A DNA stretch of 54,310 nt, filler included, from Malassezia furfur (Eukaryota), in NCBI GenBank assembly GCA_052055015.1. It is 2 parts of 2 records of this genome, joined end to end, with 100 filler letters (N's around TTAATTAATTAA, not from the genome) between each part and the next. Parts side by side here need not be neighbours in the genome. Positions count along the whole stretch, not along the records: positions 1 to 27,233 come from JBQJIT010000118.1; 1 more part is not named here. One strand, written 5' to 3'. The notes beneath the pieces were generated by a model. That model did no database searches. It was not told the DNA's origin and worked only from the letters and a program-made list of their open reading frames with translations. Below, one piece after another: positions 10,893 through 21,863 of the stretch (the stretch's first letter is position 1; each line of letters opens with the position of its first letter). Both the position numbers and the translations under genes were made by a program.

Positions 10893-12779
10893 TCACGCAT
10901 CGAACGGATCGTCGTGACGGCTAGACGTCATCTCCAACTTGCTCGTGTGAACGGGGGTGCCAGGCTCCGAGTCAAACGACGACGGGGGGGTCCAGTCGTA
11001 CGTGTGCATACCGAGTCCTTTATGCGTGTCCATCGTGCTCTCGCTCTGGGGACTGCCTGAACGTGTGTGGCTCGTCCACCCTTGCTTCGAAGCCGGGGAC
11101 ACCATGACCCGGGACGGGTCAGCCTGGCTTTCGGACCACGTCGAGCCGGCACTGACGCCGCGCTCGTGGTCAATGATAGCGCTCTCGCGCTCAAGCGCGT
11201 CCTTGAATTCGCTCGGCGTGCGGATCATTTCCACCTCGTCAAAGCGGTTGAACGGCTCCGGCATCTTGACCGCAAACGACGCCTCGCGGTAGCGCGCGAG
11301 CCACGGGTGCGCGAGTGCCTCGCCGGCGCTGATTCGCTTGCTCGGGTCCCAGTGGAGCAGGCGCGCCAGCAGATCCAAGGCCGGTTCCGGCGCATTGGGC
11401 AGCACACTCTTCCACGGCACCTTGCTGCACGGCGGGAGCGACTGCATGTGCTCCTTGGCCTTGGGCGACCCGATGCGCTCAATCACTTGCTCGCTCGGCG
11501 CGCCAAGCACCTGCCGGATCAGCGCCAGCTGGTCGATGTAATCCTTGCCGGGGAACAGCGGCTTGCCGTTCAGCAGCTCGGCAAAAATGCACCCGGCGCT
11601 CCACATGTCCATCGGCGGGCCGTAGCCGTTCTGGAAACACAGCATCACCTCGGGTGCGCGGTACCACCGCGTCGAGACGTACTCGGTGAGCGGACCACCG
11701 GGGAACTGGATGGGGCCCGACGTGTCGATCCGCTCGAGCCCGTCGCCTTCGTTCGTGTGCAGCTGGAAGTGGGACGAGTGGGGCCGCGACGAGTCACCGC
11801 ACGGCGACGGCGCGCGGCTGCCGCCAATGTCGAGCGTCTCCGGCGAGGACACCGCGCCGCTCTCCGGGGCCGCGTCCAGCAACGAGCTGCTGGTGCCCGC
11901 GACGCCCAGGTCGGTGTCGTCCGACCCGGTACGCTCCACAGGCGCCTTCTCTTTGCGCAGCTCGTTGTGGGCGCTGGCCGGGCACGCAAATGCACGGGCC
12001 ATGCCAAAGTCGCACACACGCAGCGAGCAGTCGGCATTCACGAGAAGGTTGCCTGGCTTCAAGTCGCGGTGCAAAATGTGGACACTGTGCATATAGTGGA
12101 TCGCACGCAACAGCTGCACCATAAAGTACTTGATGTGGGCCTCGGTGAGCGTCTGGTTCGAGCGAATGATCTGCGAGAGATCCGCATCGCTCGCTTTGAG
12201 CACGAGGTAGATCTCGGAAAACTCGATAAAACTCGTATCAAACTCGAGCAATTCCGAGACATTGTGGCAACCGCGCAGATAGTGCAAACTTGTCACTTCC
12301 CGCAGCGCACGCCGCGTCAGCAGCTCACGGCCAAACACGTTGGCGACCTTCTTGATGGCGACGTCCTGGCGCGTCTCGGCGTCGTATGCGAGCGCCACAC
12401 AGCCATATGCGCCGATTCCCAGCTCGCGCTTGAACGTATACCGCTTCTTGACGTGGAACGGCACGCGCAGGCACTGAAACGTGTGGTAGCCGCGCTTAGC
12501 GAGGTTCTGCGCCGTCAGCGGATGGTCGTCGGGCAGCGGGCGTGACCGGCCCGAGGTCGCATGCGAGCTGCGCTCGTACGCACCACGGAGGTGCACCCGC
12601 GAGCGCGTGCGTGTTCGCGAGCGTGTCGCGTGGCGCTGCCATAGCGCACGGGGTCCGGCAATATCGTCGCTGCTCGCGCGGCGCTCCTTGGGACGCGTCG
12701 CGCCGGCGGCTGGCTTTGTCTCGGGTGATGCGGGCTGTGACTGGAAAAAGTTGGCAATTTGTTGCGCTCCGAGCAACAT
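10893..12779 (-). CDS. MAP kinase, TEY type (Slt2/Mpk1/Smk1-related), with long activation-loop insertion
   Basis: GIGAYG, VAIKK, HRDLKPGN, DFG, TEYVSTRWYRAPE, DMWSAGCI. Confidence 0.92.
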   Translation of the reverse strand: MLLGAQQIANFFQSQPASPETKPAAGATRPKERRASSDDIAGPRALWQRHATRSRTRTRSRVHLRGAYERSSHATSGRSRPLPDDHPLTAQNLAKRGYHTFQCLRVPFHVKKRYTFKRELGIGAYGCVALAYDAETRQDVAIKKVANVFGRELLTRRALREVTSLHYLRGCHNVSELLEFDTSFIEFSEIYLVLKASDADLSQIIRSNQTLTEAHIKYFMVQLLRAIHYMHSVHILHRDLKPGNLLVNADCSLRVCDFGMARAFACPASAHNELRKEKAPVERTGSDDTDLGVAGTSSSLLDAAPESGAVSSPETLDIGGSRAPSPCGDSSRPHSSHFQLHTNEGDGLERIDTSGPIQFPGGPLTEYVSTRWYRAPEVMLCFQNGYGPPMDMWSAGCIFAELLNGKPLFPGKDYIDQLALIRQVLGAPSEQVIERIGSPKAKEHMQSLPPCSKVPWKSVLPNAPEPALDLLARLLHWDPSKRISAGEALAHPWLARYREASFAVKMPEPFNRFDEVEMIRTPSEFKDALERESAIIDHERGVSAGSTWSESQADPSRVMVSPASKQGWTSHTRSGSPQSESTMDTHKGLGMHTYDWTPPSSFDSEPGTPVHTSKLEMTSSRHDDPFDA

Positions 12780-13925
12780 CGGCGTGAGTGAAACGGTGGG
12801 AAGTGGTGTTGGTCCGTTGGGAAATTTAAGCGCGGTGCGGAGTGGGTATCGCTAACGCAGCTCACTCACAAAGTCCAAACGAGGTGTACGAGTCTTGCAA
12901 ACATGGACTGTGGGCGCACCACAGTACGAGCCGACGCCGAATAAGTTCAGAGGATTGTGGGGATAAGACACGTAAGGTCGAGCGAGTGCACCGCAAATTC
13001 AGATTCCTCGCCACAAGCAGTTTGAGGGGGTAGAATTTCCGACGCTGTGTAATCAAGGCGCTGTTACGGCGGAGAAAGCACCTCGTACCGCGCACGGGAT
13101 AAACTCAAAATGGCGGTGGTACTCGGTGTATTCCTCGTCTCTTCCAAACCAATGAAACCCTATATTTGTGATGTCATAGTTGTTTCGCGTTCCTGAATTT
13201 AGTAATCGATACTAACCAAAAGTCTTTTTGCTCCTATGAATCATCGGCCGATACCCCCTATCGCTTCTTCCAGCCGACAACGTGGCATCGGCATTTCCGG
13301 GTGGCCGTGCGTGGAGCGTGTGGAGCAAGTGGGGGGGGACCCTCAAATTTTGCAACGCGTGGCCCCCTTGCCCTCACTTGGCAAGAGAAAAAAAGGAAAA
13401 GTCAGCCAAGTCGGCGATCGGCGTAGCGCGCGGGCGAACTATAACAGAAGCTGCGCGCTTAAAGTGACTGCGGTTGCGCGGAGATAACGTAGTCCCTCCG
13501 CGATGGAGGCAGCGGTGGTCACGCGCGTACATGCGCAGTGATCGTTAAGTAGCGCGTACCTATGTTCGCTAAACCTGCGCGCACTGCCTATGCGGCGCGC
13601 TACCTACCACAGGGCGGCTCGTGCGTTTGGTTGGGGGAACTGGCCCTATCGCGGGGTACACGGGGTCCCAGCGCCACATAGACCTATTTGAGCCACGTCG
13701 TGTCTACATCGAGTCTGTCTACGTAATTCCAGCGAGTGCCAATCCGCCTGTGACGCGTCGCCCCATAGTTTGCCGCGTAGCGCGCGAGGCCACACCCATG
13801 TCTTCGTTTCGTTCCCTATAGTGCCACGCGTGGCCTACGTCACAGCCCGAAGTCACGTGAGTGACACGAGCCGCGGGCGCCGGGCGCGAGGCGTTCGTGA
13901 CGCTGGCAAGCAACACCTCAGCAAT

Positions 13926-14484
13926 ATGGTATGTGCGCGCGTGAGACGTTGTGAACGGTGCTAACACCCAACCAGGACCGCATTAAGGAAAAGCTGAACT
14001 CGCTGCGCCAGGAGGCCGATATGGCGCTTGAGCGCGCGGAGGCCGCCGAGCAGAAGAACAAGGAGCTCGAGCAGGACAACCTGTCGAAGGAGCAGGAGAT
14101 TACCAGCCTGCAGCACAAACTGTCCGTGCTGGAGTCGGATCTTGAGACGGCTGAGTCGAAGCTCAGCGAGGCCAAGGTCGGCAAGGAGGAGGGCGAGAGC
14201 CACAAGTCGAATGTCGATATCCTTCAGCGCCGCATCGATATGCTCGAAGAGCAGCTCGACGCCTCTGAGAAGAACCTCAAGGAAACCGTCGAGCAGTACG
14301 TCTCATTACAGCTCACACCAGGTTGCGCCAGACGGATGTGCGTGCGGAGCAGCTCGAGCGCCAGATCCAGGGCGTCGAGCAGGAGCGCGACCAGTGGGAA
14401 CAAAAGTACGAAGAGGCGCAGGAGAGGTACCAGGCCTCGAAGCGGGAGCTCGACGAGGTCGTGCAGCAGATGGAGAGCTTGTGA
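13926..14484 (+). CDS. TPM1: Tropomyosin; 3 exons, first exon is ATG only
   Basis: M|DRIKEKLNSLR...RRIDMLEEQLD...EQ|LRQTDVRAEQLER. Introns 13929-13975 (47 nt) and 14296-14321 (26 nt). Confidence 0.93.
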
Positions 14485-14677
14485 GTGCGGTTGTGCGTGT
14501 CCACGCCGAATCGCGTCCATGCACCTATGGACTGCAACATGTTTTTGCTAGTTGTCGCTCGTGTATTCCTGGAAATGTACGTGTGCGGAATCGATGAAGC
14601 TGGGCGCCCGAGGACATGCTCGTGCGGTGTGCGCAGAGGAGTCGGGGCGGCTCGCTTGCTATGCTACAAATGGATCG

Positions 14678-15315
<638 letters not shown>

Positions 15316-15452
15316 AGACGTCGATCGTGCGTTCGCAAAGCGCCACCGCGCTCGCCGTGCGGCAATCACGTGGCGCTGGCCTCCACGTTGGGGAGGGCGA
15401 GTGGGGTCGGGGGTCGTTTCCGTGGTCACTGTCCCGCTATGTAGAGTGATGC

Positions 15453-17423
15453 TTAGTAGCTACGCTTGAATGGCGGAACGGGCTTGCACTCGTTTTCGTC
15501 GAGCGTCGTGTCAATGACGTGGCGGTACTTGAGCTTCACCTGGCCATTCGCCTCGTCGAACCACGAGAGGGTGTGCTTCATCCAGTGCTGGTCGTCACGC
15601 TCAGGGTAGTCCTCGCGGGCGTGCGCACCACGCGACTCCTTGCGGGCCTCAGCCGAGTGCATCGTCTGGGCGGCGCTGCTGAGCAGGTTGCGGAGCTCGA
15701 GGGTCTCGGTGAGGTCGGTGTTCCAGATCATGCCGCGGTCCTTGACCGAGACCTTGGGGAACTCGGCAACGACCTTGTCGATCTTCTCGACACCCTCCTC
15801 GAGCGTCGACTGCGTACGGAACACAGCGGCGTCGCTCTGCATCACGCGCTGCATCTCGAGACGGATGTCGGCCGTGGAGCGCTCGCCGTCCGCGGTGCGG
15901 ATGGCCTCGAGGTCGTTGATCGCCTGCTGGCCGCCGTCGCCCTGCAGCTCCTTGTGCGGCTTGCCCGGCTCGTAGTTCTCGCGGATGTGGTTGGCGCACG
16001 CGCGGCCGAACACGACAATGTCCAGCAGCGAGTTGGCACCCAGACGGTTCGCACCGTGCACCGACACACACGCCGTCTCGCCGGCGGCGTACAGGCCGGG
16101 GACCACCTTGTCGTTGCCCTGCTCGTCGATCGTCAGCACCTCGCCGGTGTAGCGCGTGGGGATACCACCCATGGTGTAGTGCACCGTCGGCAGCACAGGG
16201 ATCGGCTCCTTGGTCACGTCCACACCCGCAAAGATGCTCGCCGTCTCCGAGATACCCGGCAGGCGCTCGTGCAGCACCGAGGCGGGCAGGTGCGAGAGCT
16301 GCAGGTAGATGTGGTCCTTCTCGGGACCCACACCGCGGCCTTCGCGGATCTCCATGGTCATCGAACGCGACACGACGTCACGCGACGCCAGGTCCTTGGC
16401 CGTGGGCGCATAGCGCTCCATGAAGCGCTCACCCTCCGAGTTGAGCAGGTAGCCACCCTCGCCACGCGAGCCCTCCGTGATCAGGCAGCCGGCACCGTAG
16501 ATACCGGTCGGGTGGAACTGCACAAACTCGAGGTCCTGCAGCGGCAGGCCGGCACGCGAGACCATCGCGAGACCGTCACCCGTGCAGGTGTGCGCACTGG
16601 TCGCACTGAAGTATGCCTTACCGTACCCACCGGTCGCCAGCACCGTGTTGTGCGCGCGGAAGCGGTGCAGGGTACCGTCCTCGAGGTTGAGCGCCAACAC
16701 ACCCACACAAGCGCCGTCCTCCATGATCAGGTCCAGCGCAAAGAACTCGATAAAGTAGTTGGTATTGTGACGCAGCGACTGGCCGTAGAGCGTGTGAAGC
16801 ATGGCGTGGCCAGTACGGTCGGCCGCGGCAGCGCAGCGGTACGCCTGACCGCCCTTGCCAAAGTCGAGCGACTGACCACCAAAGGCACGCTGGTAGATCT
16901 TGCCCTCGCTCGTGCGCGAGAAGGGCAGACCGTAGTGCTCCAGCTCCAGCACCGTGTGGGGCGCCTCACGGCACATGTAGTGGATCGCATCCTGGTCACC
17001 GAGCCAGTCCGAACCCTTGACGGTGTCGTACATGTGCCAGCGCCAGTCGTCCACGGTCATGTTGCCGAGCGCAGCGTTGATACCACCCTGCGCAGCGACC
17101 GTGTGCGAACGCGTAGGGAACAGCTTCGTGATACACGCCGTCTTCAGACCGCCCTCGGCGAGACCGAATGCGGCACGCAGACCAGCACCACCAGCACCCA
17201 CAACGATCGCATCGTACTCGTGCTCCACGATGGGGTAGCCCTTCGACAGATCGGGCACACCGCCGGGGCGTTCAGCGGCCTTGGCGTTCAGCGGCTGTGT
17301 GTTGACCACCCGGCTGGCCTTGGTCGTCGCATGGAACTGGGCGCGGAACGAGAGGGGCGTAGAAGGCACGCGGCGAGCCGACGTGCGGGACACGTTGCGC
17401 AGGAGCGCACTGCCAGCAATCAT
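15453..17423 (-). CDS. SDH1: Succinate dehydrogenase flavoprotein subunit
   Basis: [44 protein letters not shown]; mitochondrial presequence. Confidence 0.98.
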   Translation of the reverse strand: MIAGSALLRNVSRTSARRVPSTPLSFRAQFHATTKASRVVNTQPLNAKAAERPGGVPDLSKGYPIVEHEYDAIVVGAGGAGLRAAFGLAEGGLKTACITKLFPTRSHTVAAQGGINAALGNMTVDDWRWHMYDTVKGSDWLGDQDAIHYMCREAPHTVLELEHYGLPFSRTSEGKIYQRAFGGQSLDFGKGGQAYRCAAAADRTGHAMLHTLYGQSLRHNTNYFIEFFALDLIMEDGACVGVLALNLEDGTLHRFRAHNTVLATGGYGKAYFSATSAHTCTGDGLAMVSRAGLPLQDLEFVQFHPTGIYGAGCLITEGSRGEGGYLLNSEGERFMERYAPTAKDLASRDVVSRSMTMEIREGRGVGPEKDHIYLQLSHLPASVLHERLPGISETASIFAGVDVTKEPIPVLPTVHYTMGGIPTRYTGEVLTIDEQGNDKVVPGLYAAGETACVSVHGANRLGANSLLDIVVFGRACANHIRENYEPGKPHKELQGDGGQQAINDLEAIRTADGERSTADIRLEMQRVMQSDAAVFRTQSTLEEGVEKIDKVVAEFPKVSVKDRGMIWNTDLTETLELRNLLSSAAQTMHSAEARKESRGAHAREDYPERDDQHWMKHTLSWFDEANGQVKLKYRHVIDTTLDENECKPVPPFKRSY

Positions 17424-17534
17424 GGTAGGTAGCGACCAAAAAGAAGCCGTGGAACCTGACCTGGACGTGTCGTTCTAAGGGTAAAAGCCTGGCAGCCGCG
17501 TGTGGGCTATGGGGGGATTAGGAATTTCGGTCCG

Positions 17535-17565
17535 GTTTACGCCGGCCAATCAGCGTAAACGTATT
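17535..17565. promoter_or_regulatory. CCAAT box inside an 8-bp inverted repeat upstream of SDH1
   Basis: GTTTACGC-cggCCAATca-GCGTAAAC; CCAAT at 17546-17550, ~125 bp upstream of the SDH1 ATG. Confidence 0.4.
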
Positions 17566-17739
17566 AGCCTATCGCTTGCAGCTGCTTCCGGAGTCAGCCG
17601 GAGCTCCACTTAGGACCGGCCGCGCGCCCTGCACCGCGTCGCTCGTGGAGGCGCGTCGGTGGGCGCGGGGGGCAGGGGACGAGCGAGGCAGCGCGGACGA
17701 AGTCGAGTCCATCGTGTGCAGCTGCATCATATGGCACAT

Positions 17740-18265
17740 CAGCTCCAAAGTCAGAAGCGGGGCTGCAGAGAAAATACCGACGGCATACCTCCCGCATCGC
17801 TCCGGCCTTTGCTTCATCGGCGATAGCCAGGCATTCTACCCCGCGCGCACACTCCGACCCTCTCTGGGCCACTCGCTGCCTCCTCATACACCCCATCAAC
17901 ATAGAGCGCATAGATCCGGGGACGTGTACACGCCATATATCCGCACTGCACCCTCTCATGATCGCCAAAAGCGTGTGTGTTGCTCGATCACGCATCGGAA
18001 TCAGGATGATGGCTTTGTTCTGCAGCACCTATACACAACCTAGGCACCCAGAGAATGGAGAGGTGCAGGAGGATGAGGGGTGCATACCATATATACCATA
18101 CCCACGACCTCGCTAGTCCAGTCCGCTTGCATGGGCAAACAGACTCGACGCCCTCCCCACGCGCAACGCAGTGGATGCTCACACGACGTAGCCGTGTTAT
18201 GCGCAGACATGTACACAAGCTCTGTACCGTCATCGATCTTCCGACGCTCATAGATCGTCCGGTGC
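17740..18265 (-). ncRNA. Candidate structured non-coding RNA or long structured 3' UTR (unassigned family)
   Basis: At least 7 stems in ~520 nt; G-U pairs in three of them work only on the minus strand; no ORF with recognisable similarity. Confidence 0.35.
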
Positions 18266-18312
18266 ATCGCTGCATTCATGCAATTTGCAAAACGAAGGTC
18301 CTACTAGCGCCG

Positions 18313-18892
18313 TTACTTCCACGCGGCAAAGAGCTCCTTCTCCGCATCAGCGACAGCCTTGTTAAAGGCGTCAACTTCACGCCAGCAGTCGAGCGTCCGC
18401 TTCGTGTCGTTGCTGAGGTCAGAATTGGGCAGACGCACCGGTAGCACTGAATGATATCCTCGCGCGCCTTCTTCAGCGCAGGGAACGAGTCGATGCTGCG
18501 CTTGTTGAACTTTTCGATTTGCGCCTTGACGCGGTTGAGCTCCTGCTGCAGCAGCTCGCTGCTCTGCCCCTTGTCCTTGCCGAACCACGGCTTGCCCTGG
18601 CGCTCAATGTTCTCCTTCTCGAGGGCAAGCTCGATTTTCTTCTGCATATCCTGCTCCTGCTTGCGCAGCTTGCTCAGCTCAGCATGGATCTTTTCCTGGA
18701 TAGACGAGTCAATCAGCTCCTGGCGCTTCGCATCCGGGCCGGGCGCCGATGCATCAGGAGCCACTTCCTTGAGTTTCCGGGCCAGGGCGTTGCCCAGCTG
18801 GGGGTCAGCGCAAGATATGTACGTACGTCCACCTTGTCCACGGGCTCCTGCGCAGGCGACGTACTTTCGTGCTTCGAGGGAGTTGCGCCCAT
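18313..18892 (-). CDS. MIC19: MICOS subunit Mic19-like (DUF1690); 3 exons
   Basis: MG N-terminus (myristoylation-like), coiled coil, C-terminal CYRNDTKRTLDCW (CX10C). Introns 18798-18826 and 18413-18438. Confidence 0.8.
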
Positions 18893-18985
18893 ACTGGTAT
18901 CCACGTAGTCCGACGCGACAAGTCTGTGCCGACGAGCCGCGGACCGTCTCGCCCTGCTCCGTGCGGGTGGGCACGTGACTATGGA

Positions 18986-20291
18986 CTACCGCTTCTTGGA
19001 AGGCTTGCCGGTCTTGCGGCCGTGCGCACGCGCAACGCCGGCCGAAATGGCCGCGTTCTTGTTGCGCCGCTGAACGTCGGCAGAACTGCCAGGTGGGCGG
19101 GCCTGGATGAGCAAGTCCAGATCCGGCACCTCGGTGTCTACCTCCGAACAAACGGGTTCCAGCGGCGCTGCGCGCTTCTCGACCGGCACATAGGACATAG
19201 GGGGTAGCGTTGACATGGCACGATGCTGCTGAGCAGCGCGCTCGTAAAGTGCACCTGTCTCAGGATGGAGTTGACGGAAACCAATGTCCTCATAGTCGTG
19301 GACCAGAGGCGAGCCATCCTCTGCGGTCGTCGCCATTTCTGTCGAGGTGGACGGCGCAGGCGCCTTTTTGGGGGCAGCTGCCGCAGGTTTCTCTTTGCGG
19401 CGCGTCACAGTGACCTTGTGAGTCTTCATGTCAAGGTGCAGCACGCGGTTGCGTTTCGCCGCCGCCGCCGCCGGCTCGGCAGTGGCGGGCGTTCCTTGCA
19501 ATGTAGGGAATGGCGTCTCAGCGTATCGGTTGCGAGCAAGTTCGGCCTTGCGTTCGGCTTCTTGTTCTTGCTGCTCCTGTGCGAGCCGCTCACGCTTTTC
19601 GATCAGCTGGCTGAGCAGCTGTGTGCGGGTATGTGGTGGCACAATGGGCTGTGCGTTGCACGAAGGGCAAGCCGAGTAGGGCGACACAGGTACGGGGCGC
19701 AGCGCGGCGCACAGAATCAGGCCGCATGCCATACACAGCGGCATGTGCTCGGCCAGCGGGTGCTTGGCGCCCTGGCACAGACACAGCCGTCGGATCTGAG
19801 GTGCAAATGCGGTTGCGTCCGAGGACGACGGCTCCACCGAAAGCATCGAGAATGCAGTGTCTAGTTCTTTCATCTCTTGCGTCGGTGGCAAGGCGCGCGG
19901 CGCCGCCGTTTCGGTCGCGGCGAGCGCTGCAGACACATTGCTGGGGGTCAGTCGGACCGGCTTGGCGGCCGCTTTGCGTGGCGACCCGGCGTGGGTCGGT
20001 TGCGTGGGGGCAGCTGTTGGTTTCCGTGCCGGAGTCTGCTCGGGAGCAGGCGGAGCTGGCGACGGGGCCTGCGGCGGGAAACGGTCCGCAACAAATTGCT
20101 CTGTGAGGGTTTTGGCCTTGGGCGATGTTCCGATCAAATCCTGCAGATACAGCCGGAGAGCCGTAGGCGTTGTGTGCGTTGCGAGGTATGGTAGGACTTG
20201 CTCGCTAACGGTCTGCGCATCTGGCGTTAGTGGATGGCGTACCTAGCCCTAGCAACGCGCCGAGCTCTTCGTCCCATTTCTTGGACGACAT
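18986..20291 (-). CDS. RQT4: ASC-1/TRIP4/Rqt4-like C2HC5 zinc-finger protein; 2 exons
   Basis: CLCQGAKH...CMACGLILC...CPSC; 22-nt intron 20221-20242 (GTACGC..CTAAC GCCAG). Confidence 0.8.
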
Positions 20292-20327
20292 CAGTGTGGA
20301 GGAAGTCGATCTGCGAACGGTCCATTC

Positions 20328-21854
20328 ATGCACGCGCCCAGTGTGGGGCAAGAAGACGCGAAGGAGAACGTCGCGTCCGCATCTGCGGTTCCCTCTCTGC
20401 CCAAGAAAGAGGCGAGTCCTGTACCTGCGCTCGATGAAGAGGAGCGATGCCCAAAATGCACGGCCCACGACGACCTCGATAAGAGCTTGTGGGTCGCGTG
20501 CTTCCGATGCGGAACGTGGTTTCACACAGCGTGCCTGGGCCTGAACGACGTCGAAAACTATGCCAAGTGGTGCTGCGAAGCGTGCCAAGCACAAGGGTTT
20601 ACACATACCATGCGCGCGCCGCGTCGACGGTCGGCACGCGAGCGGCCGTCGACGAACTATGCGGCGATCCAGGAAGGCCGTCCCCCCGATCCACTCGGTC
20701 GCTGGGCGCAGTACATGGCACACTGCCAAACGCTGCCCAACATTGCGCGGCGTGTGCCGGCTGCGACTTGGACGAGGGACTGGCTCGTCTCGGACGAGCA
20801 CGCGCTGGACGCACCGACGTTGGTCCCTGCGTCGGACGACGGTGAGCTGTTGATCGAGGGCATGCGTGTGCCGCCCCGAACGACCACCATCCGCGATGTC
20901 GCGCGTCTCGTGGGGCCCGAGACCAATGTGGAAGTCATCGACGTACAAACGCAGATGTCTTCGTCTGCCTGGACGCTGGACGACTGGGCGACTTACTTTG
21001 AGACGCCTGCCGCCGAGCGGGAAAAGGTGCTCAACGTCATCAGTCTCGAGGTCACCGGCACGCCCATGGAGTCGATGGTCGCTGCGCCTGCGATGGTCGT
21101 CGAGAGCGACTGGGTCGAGCGCGACTGGCCGCGCGACAAGCGCCCAGCGGCCGACGACGCGAGCAAATGGCCCAAGGTGCAGCGCTACGTACTGATGGGC
21201 GTCGAGGGCGCCTTTACCGATTTCCACATCGACTTTGCCGCGAGCTACGTGTACTACCATGTGGTATGGGGCCGCAAAGTGTTCCTGTTCGCGCCCCCCA
21301 CGCCTGCCAACCTAGCCGCCTACCGCGCATGGACGTCGTCGGCGCGGCAAGAGTCGGAGTGGCTCGGTGACGCGCTGCAGCAGCTTTCGCGCGTCGAGAT
21401 TCAAACGGGCGAGACGATGCTCATCCCGGCCGGGTGGATCCATGCCGTGCACACGCCGCAGGATACGCTGGTCATTGGCGGAAATTTCTTGTCGGACTAC
21501 AACGTGCAGATGCACTGGCGCCTCGAGGAAATGGAGATCGCAACGCGCGTACCGCGGAAGTTCCGGTTCCCCCACCTGATCCGCCTCGCGTGGTATGTCG
21601 CGAAGGGCTGGGACACGCGGCTACATACCGAGCATGTCGCGCCGCGCATCCAGCAAGGGGTCGCCCAGCTCGTCAAGCGGCTCGAGCGCGAGCTCGACAC
21701 GATGCACGAGTGCGACGCCGAGGGCCAGCTGACCGCCAAGGCGAAGCGCGCGCGCGACGCTGTGCCGCACGACCGTGTGCCCGATCCAGAGGTACTACTA
21801 CAAGCTCTGCGAGATGCTTTGGAGGATACGCCGCGCAAACGGCCACGTACATAG
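20328..21854 (+). CDS. JHD1: PHD + JmjC histone demethylase
   Basis: PHD (CPKC...WVACFRCGTWFHTAC...CEAC); NVISLE, PKVQRY, TDFHIDF, IPAGWIHAV. Confidence 0.9.
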   Translation: MHAPSVGQEDAKENVASASAVPSLPKKEASPVPALDEEERCPKCTAHDDLDKSLWVACFRCGTWFHTACLGLNDVENYAKWCCEACQAQGFTHTMRAPRRRSARERPSTNYAAIQEGRPPDPLGRWAQYMAHCQTLPNIARRVPAATWTRDWLVSDEHALDAPTLVPASDDGELLIEGMRVPPRTTTIRDVARLVGPETNVEVIDVQTQMSSSAWTLDDWATYFETPAAEREKVLNVISLEVTGTPMESMVAAPAMVVESDWVERDWPRDKRPAADDASKWPKVQRYVLMGVEGAFTDFHIDFAASYVYYHVVWGRKVFLFAPPTPANLAAYRAWTSSARQESEWLGDALQQLSRVEIQTGETMLIPAGWIHAVHTPQDTLVIGGNFLSDYNVQMHWRLEEMEIATRVPRKFRFPHLIRLAWYVAKGWDTRLHTEHVAPRIQQGVAQLVKRLERELDTMHECDAEGQLTAKAKRARDAVPHDRVPDPEVLLQALRDALEDTPRKRPRT

Positions 21855-21863
21855 CCTGCTCGT

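Noticed and set aside
12780..13925. Possible centromere in the long, lower-GC spacer
   Set aside because: Described Malassezia centromere cores are strongly AT-rich; this region is only moderately GC-depleted.
17515..17523. GGATTAGGA, 1.5 copies of a telomere-like hexamer (possible telomerase template on minus strand)
   Set aside because: A 9-mer at the 3' side of the candidate RNA, ~90 bp from the SDH1 ATG, leaving no room for downstream pseudoknot and CR4/5 domains; the species' telomere repeat is not known from this window.
17836..17930. RNase MRP-like GUCCCCGG on the minus strand
   Set aside because: Lacks the preceding GAAA and a properly spaced GGGGCU partner.
17576..18043. ORFs of 155 and 144 aa in the MIC19-SDH1 spacer
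   Set aside because: No recognisable motifs, and codon usage unlike neighbouring genes.
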